Part shown: positions 62,094 through 64,000 of the stretch, piece after piece
How positions within the stretch are numbered: position 1 is the first letter of the stretch
How the letters are laid out: each line of letters starts with the position of its first letter
Source: Rhodobacterales bacterium
GTDB lineage: Bacteria; Pseudomonadota; Alphaproteobacteria; Rhodobacterales; CAZPXZ01
Direction of reading: 5' to 3'
Assembly (NCBI GenBank): GCA_965219495.1
Contig: OZ244777.1
Coordinates: 163,923 to 227,922, forward strand
DNA length: 64,000 bases
Made by a program: the position numbers and the translations under genes
Notes under the pieces: model-generated
Databases searched by the model: none
Told to the model about the DNA's origin: nothing
What the model saw: only the letters and a program-made list of their open reading frames with translations

Positions 62094-62132
62094 CTATCTT
62101 ACTACTACGATCGTGCCACTCCGAAGCGTCAT
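62094..62132 (-). promoter_or_regulatory. ilv leader peptide MTLRSGTIVVVR*
   Basis: ATG ACG CTT CGG AGT GGC ACG ATC GTA GTA GTA AGA TAG; an Ile-Val-Val-Val run just before alternative hairpins and the terminator. Confidence 0.85.
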
Positions 62133-62471
62133 CGCGTTGGCCTTCCGCAGTATCGCGCGCCTACAGGACGCGCCTCTTCAGGTCCATACCATTGGGACTT
62201 ATATACGAGAGTCACAATGGGCTCCCGACACCGTTCCACGCCGAGGCGGGGCAATCCCCATCCTTCGCCTTCTCCTTGCCGGCGTCACGGGAAGCGGTTT
62301 CCCGCCATTTCCCACCCGTGAACGGGCCAATGCCCGCTGCAAGACGTTTCACCGGAACCGGCGATTTCAGCCTTGTTTCCGGTACAACAGAGTATAGAGG
62401 CGCCAAAGCGCAAATGCAAGGATATTCTTGCTTCGGTATGTGATCCCCGGTGCAATCGCGCTGGTCAAGGG

Positions 62472-62640
62472 ATGCTGAATCGAAGGTGGTCGATGATCAA
62501 AGCCATGATCCGCTGCGCCAGGACCTTTGATAGAAGGTGTCGGAATTGCTTGCTCCGGCCAAAAAGCGACCGGATCGACGCCCTGTTGTGCGCCGCAGAA
62601 CGGAATCTCCGGGTTATCCCGAAAAGGCGCGCGCATCTTC
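62472..62640 (+). pseudogene. Decayed C-terminal remnant of an IS5-family transposase
   Basis: NRRWSMIKAMI...RCRNCL...SDRIDALLCAAERNLRVI matches the RRSAIEP.IGH.K....RNYL.G..GD.INA.L.AAG.NLR pattern, with the catalytic E replaced by K. Confidence 0.55.
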
Positions 62641-63106
62641 AAGCGCAGATTGAGTGATTTCCCTTCCGACGTCTCTTGTTGCTGCTGAAATTCCAGAGTA
62701 TCCGTGAGGATTCACAATGAGCGGACTGTCTTTCAGGACCCGCAGTTTGCCTTCGCAGCTTCAAGTTCAGAATCTTCTGCGCAAGGAGTTCATGTGTCGT
62801 GGCGGTTCGCCCCTGAATCCAGCCTTACGGGGCTGTTTGTCAACATCGGTTCAGGGCGAAAAATTTGTTGGTCGCGGATGCGCATTTCACGACGGGTTCG
62901 CTTTCCCAATTGGAGAAGGCTCCGCAGTCGAAGGCAGAACGCTGCAGTGTGCAGACCTCCGAAGCAACTTGTGCGGTCGTTGTGGGGCTGGGCCTACTTC
63001 GGGAGCGCTGCAAGCGTAGGGTAATCCGAACCGCGGAATAATGCGGAACTCCCAGCCACAGCAGTCAGTCAAGCGTCGAATAAAATTCTTGCAAACCGTG
63101 CAGTTC

Positions 63107-64000
63107 TCAAGCGCGTGGTGCAACACGTGCAAAGATTGCATCGGCAATTGCTCCGGGCTCCTCTGCTTTTTCCCAATGCCAGTCGGCCATTTGATTACGG
63201 AACCATGTCGACTGACGCTTTGCATACTGACGTGTGGAGCGCTTCGCCAGCTGTAGGGCTTCCTCCAGTCCAGCCTTGCTGTCCAGATGCGTTGCGAGTT
63301 CGCGCGCACCCAGCGGGAACATGCCTGGCAATGATGGATCGAGCCTCGACCGGCATACGGATCGGACTTCTTGCAAGGCGCCTTTTTCCATCATCTCGTC
63401 GAAACGAAGGTCTATTCGGGAAGCAAGCTTGGAGCGTTCGGGGGAAAGCACAATGGCCTCCGCTTCCGACTTCTGGAGGAGCGGCGCCGCGGTATGGGAA
63501 TGCCAGGCAGCCATGCCGGACCCCGTTTGCCGAAGGATTTCCCACGCCCTGGCCACGCGTCTCGGGTTACGCAGATCTATCGCTGCTGCGCTTTGCGGAT
63601 CCTCCTGTTCAAGTTTCGCACCGGCTTCTTCCAAGCCAACCCTTTCAATCCACTGTTCGATTTCGCGACGCATCTCGTTCGAGACTTTGGGCAAGGGGGC
63701 GAGGCCGCGGGTCAACACAGTGAAATAGTTTCCCGTTCCTCCAACGATGACGGGAGGATGAGCGGGGTCTCCCGCGTCCTCAAGCAGAATACGGACCTCT
63801 TCCAGCCATCGTCCCACAGAATACGGATCGGATAAGGAGACATGTCCGTAGAGATGGTGGGGCACACACGCCATCGTCGATTCTGTAGGTCTGGCCGTTA
63901 GAATCTTCCACTCGCGGTAAACTTGCATTGAATCGGCGTTGATGATGGCGCTGCCGAAGCGCTCCGCAAGGCAGGTGGCGAGTTCCGATTTTCCCGCAGC
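63107..64000 (-). CDS. miaA: tRNA dimethylallyltransferase, 5' end beyond the window
   Basis: AAGKSELA...IINADSMQVY, TARPT, HHLYGH, IVGGTGNY and TRQYAKRQSTWFRNQ; the frame stays open to the edge. Confidence 0.96.
   Translation of the reverse strand, partial: AAGKSELATCLAERFGSAIINADSMQVYREWKILTARPTESTMACVPHHLYGHVSLSDPYSVGRWLEEVRILLEDAGDPAHPPVIVGGTGNYFTVLTRGLAPLPKVSNEMRREIEQWIERVGLEEAGAKLEQEDPQSAAAIDLRNPRRVARAWEILRQTGSGMAAWHSHTAAPLLQKSEAEAIVLSPERSKLASRIDLRFDEMMEKGALQEVRSVCRSRLDPSLPGMFPLGARELATHLDSKAGLEEALQLAKRSTRQYAKRQSTWFRNQMADWHWEKAEEPGAIADAIFARVAPRA

Overview
This is an alphaproteobacterial (Rhodobacterales-like, inferred from gene content and synteny) chromosomal segment read with the standard code 11. 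Most of it is housekeeping: an SPFH gene cut by the left edge, hflK-hflC-DUF2065-degP, tkt-gap, zapA-6S RNA-5-FCL-YmdB-like-yebC, tRNA-Gln, grxD-bolA, purC, purB, a TRAP transporter, dnaE-mce, aspS, rnd-sufE, a split methionine-synthase-type module (homocysteine methyltransferase, corrinoid protein, DUF1638), pyrG, secG, ilvB-ilvN-ilvC with a leader-peptide attenuator, and miaA cut by the right edge. Five accessory zones interrupt it. (1) 7.1-14.1 kb: a phosphate acyltransferase gene destroyed by a nested stack of IS66, IS5, IS21 and ISKra4-like elements, with a 297-bp MITE that carries its own small ORF. (2) 18.6-19.9 kb: an internally deleted ISNCY-type element just upstream of a DUF2182/DUF1326 pair. 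(3) 25-30 kb: an islet with ArsR-SRPBCC, a decayed mazEF locus split by an intact IS5 and joined to a frameshifted TnpB (RuvC + Zn-ribbon) remnant, and an alpha/beta-hydrolase-OsmC fusion. (4) 33.6-35.2 kb: a type II R-M pair beside tRNA-Gln, where the BglII/BstYI-family endonuclease has two in-frame stops and the methyltransferase is intact. (5) 62.5-62.9 kb: an IS5 relic. I saw no CRISPR array and no complete, clearly novel multi-gene system. The best leads are the cargo-bearing MITE, the TnpB/mazEF junction and the methyl-transfer module. All family assignments come from motif recognition by eye; no database searches were run.
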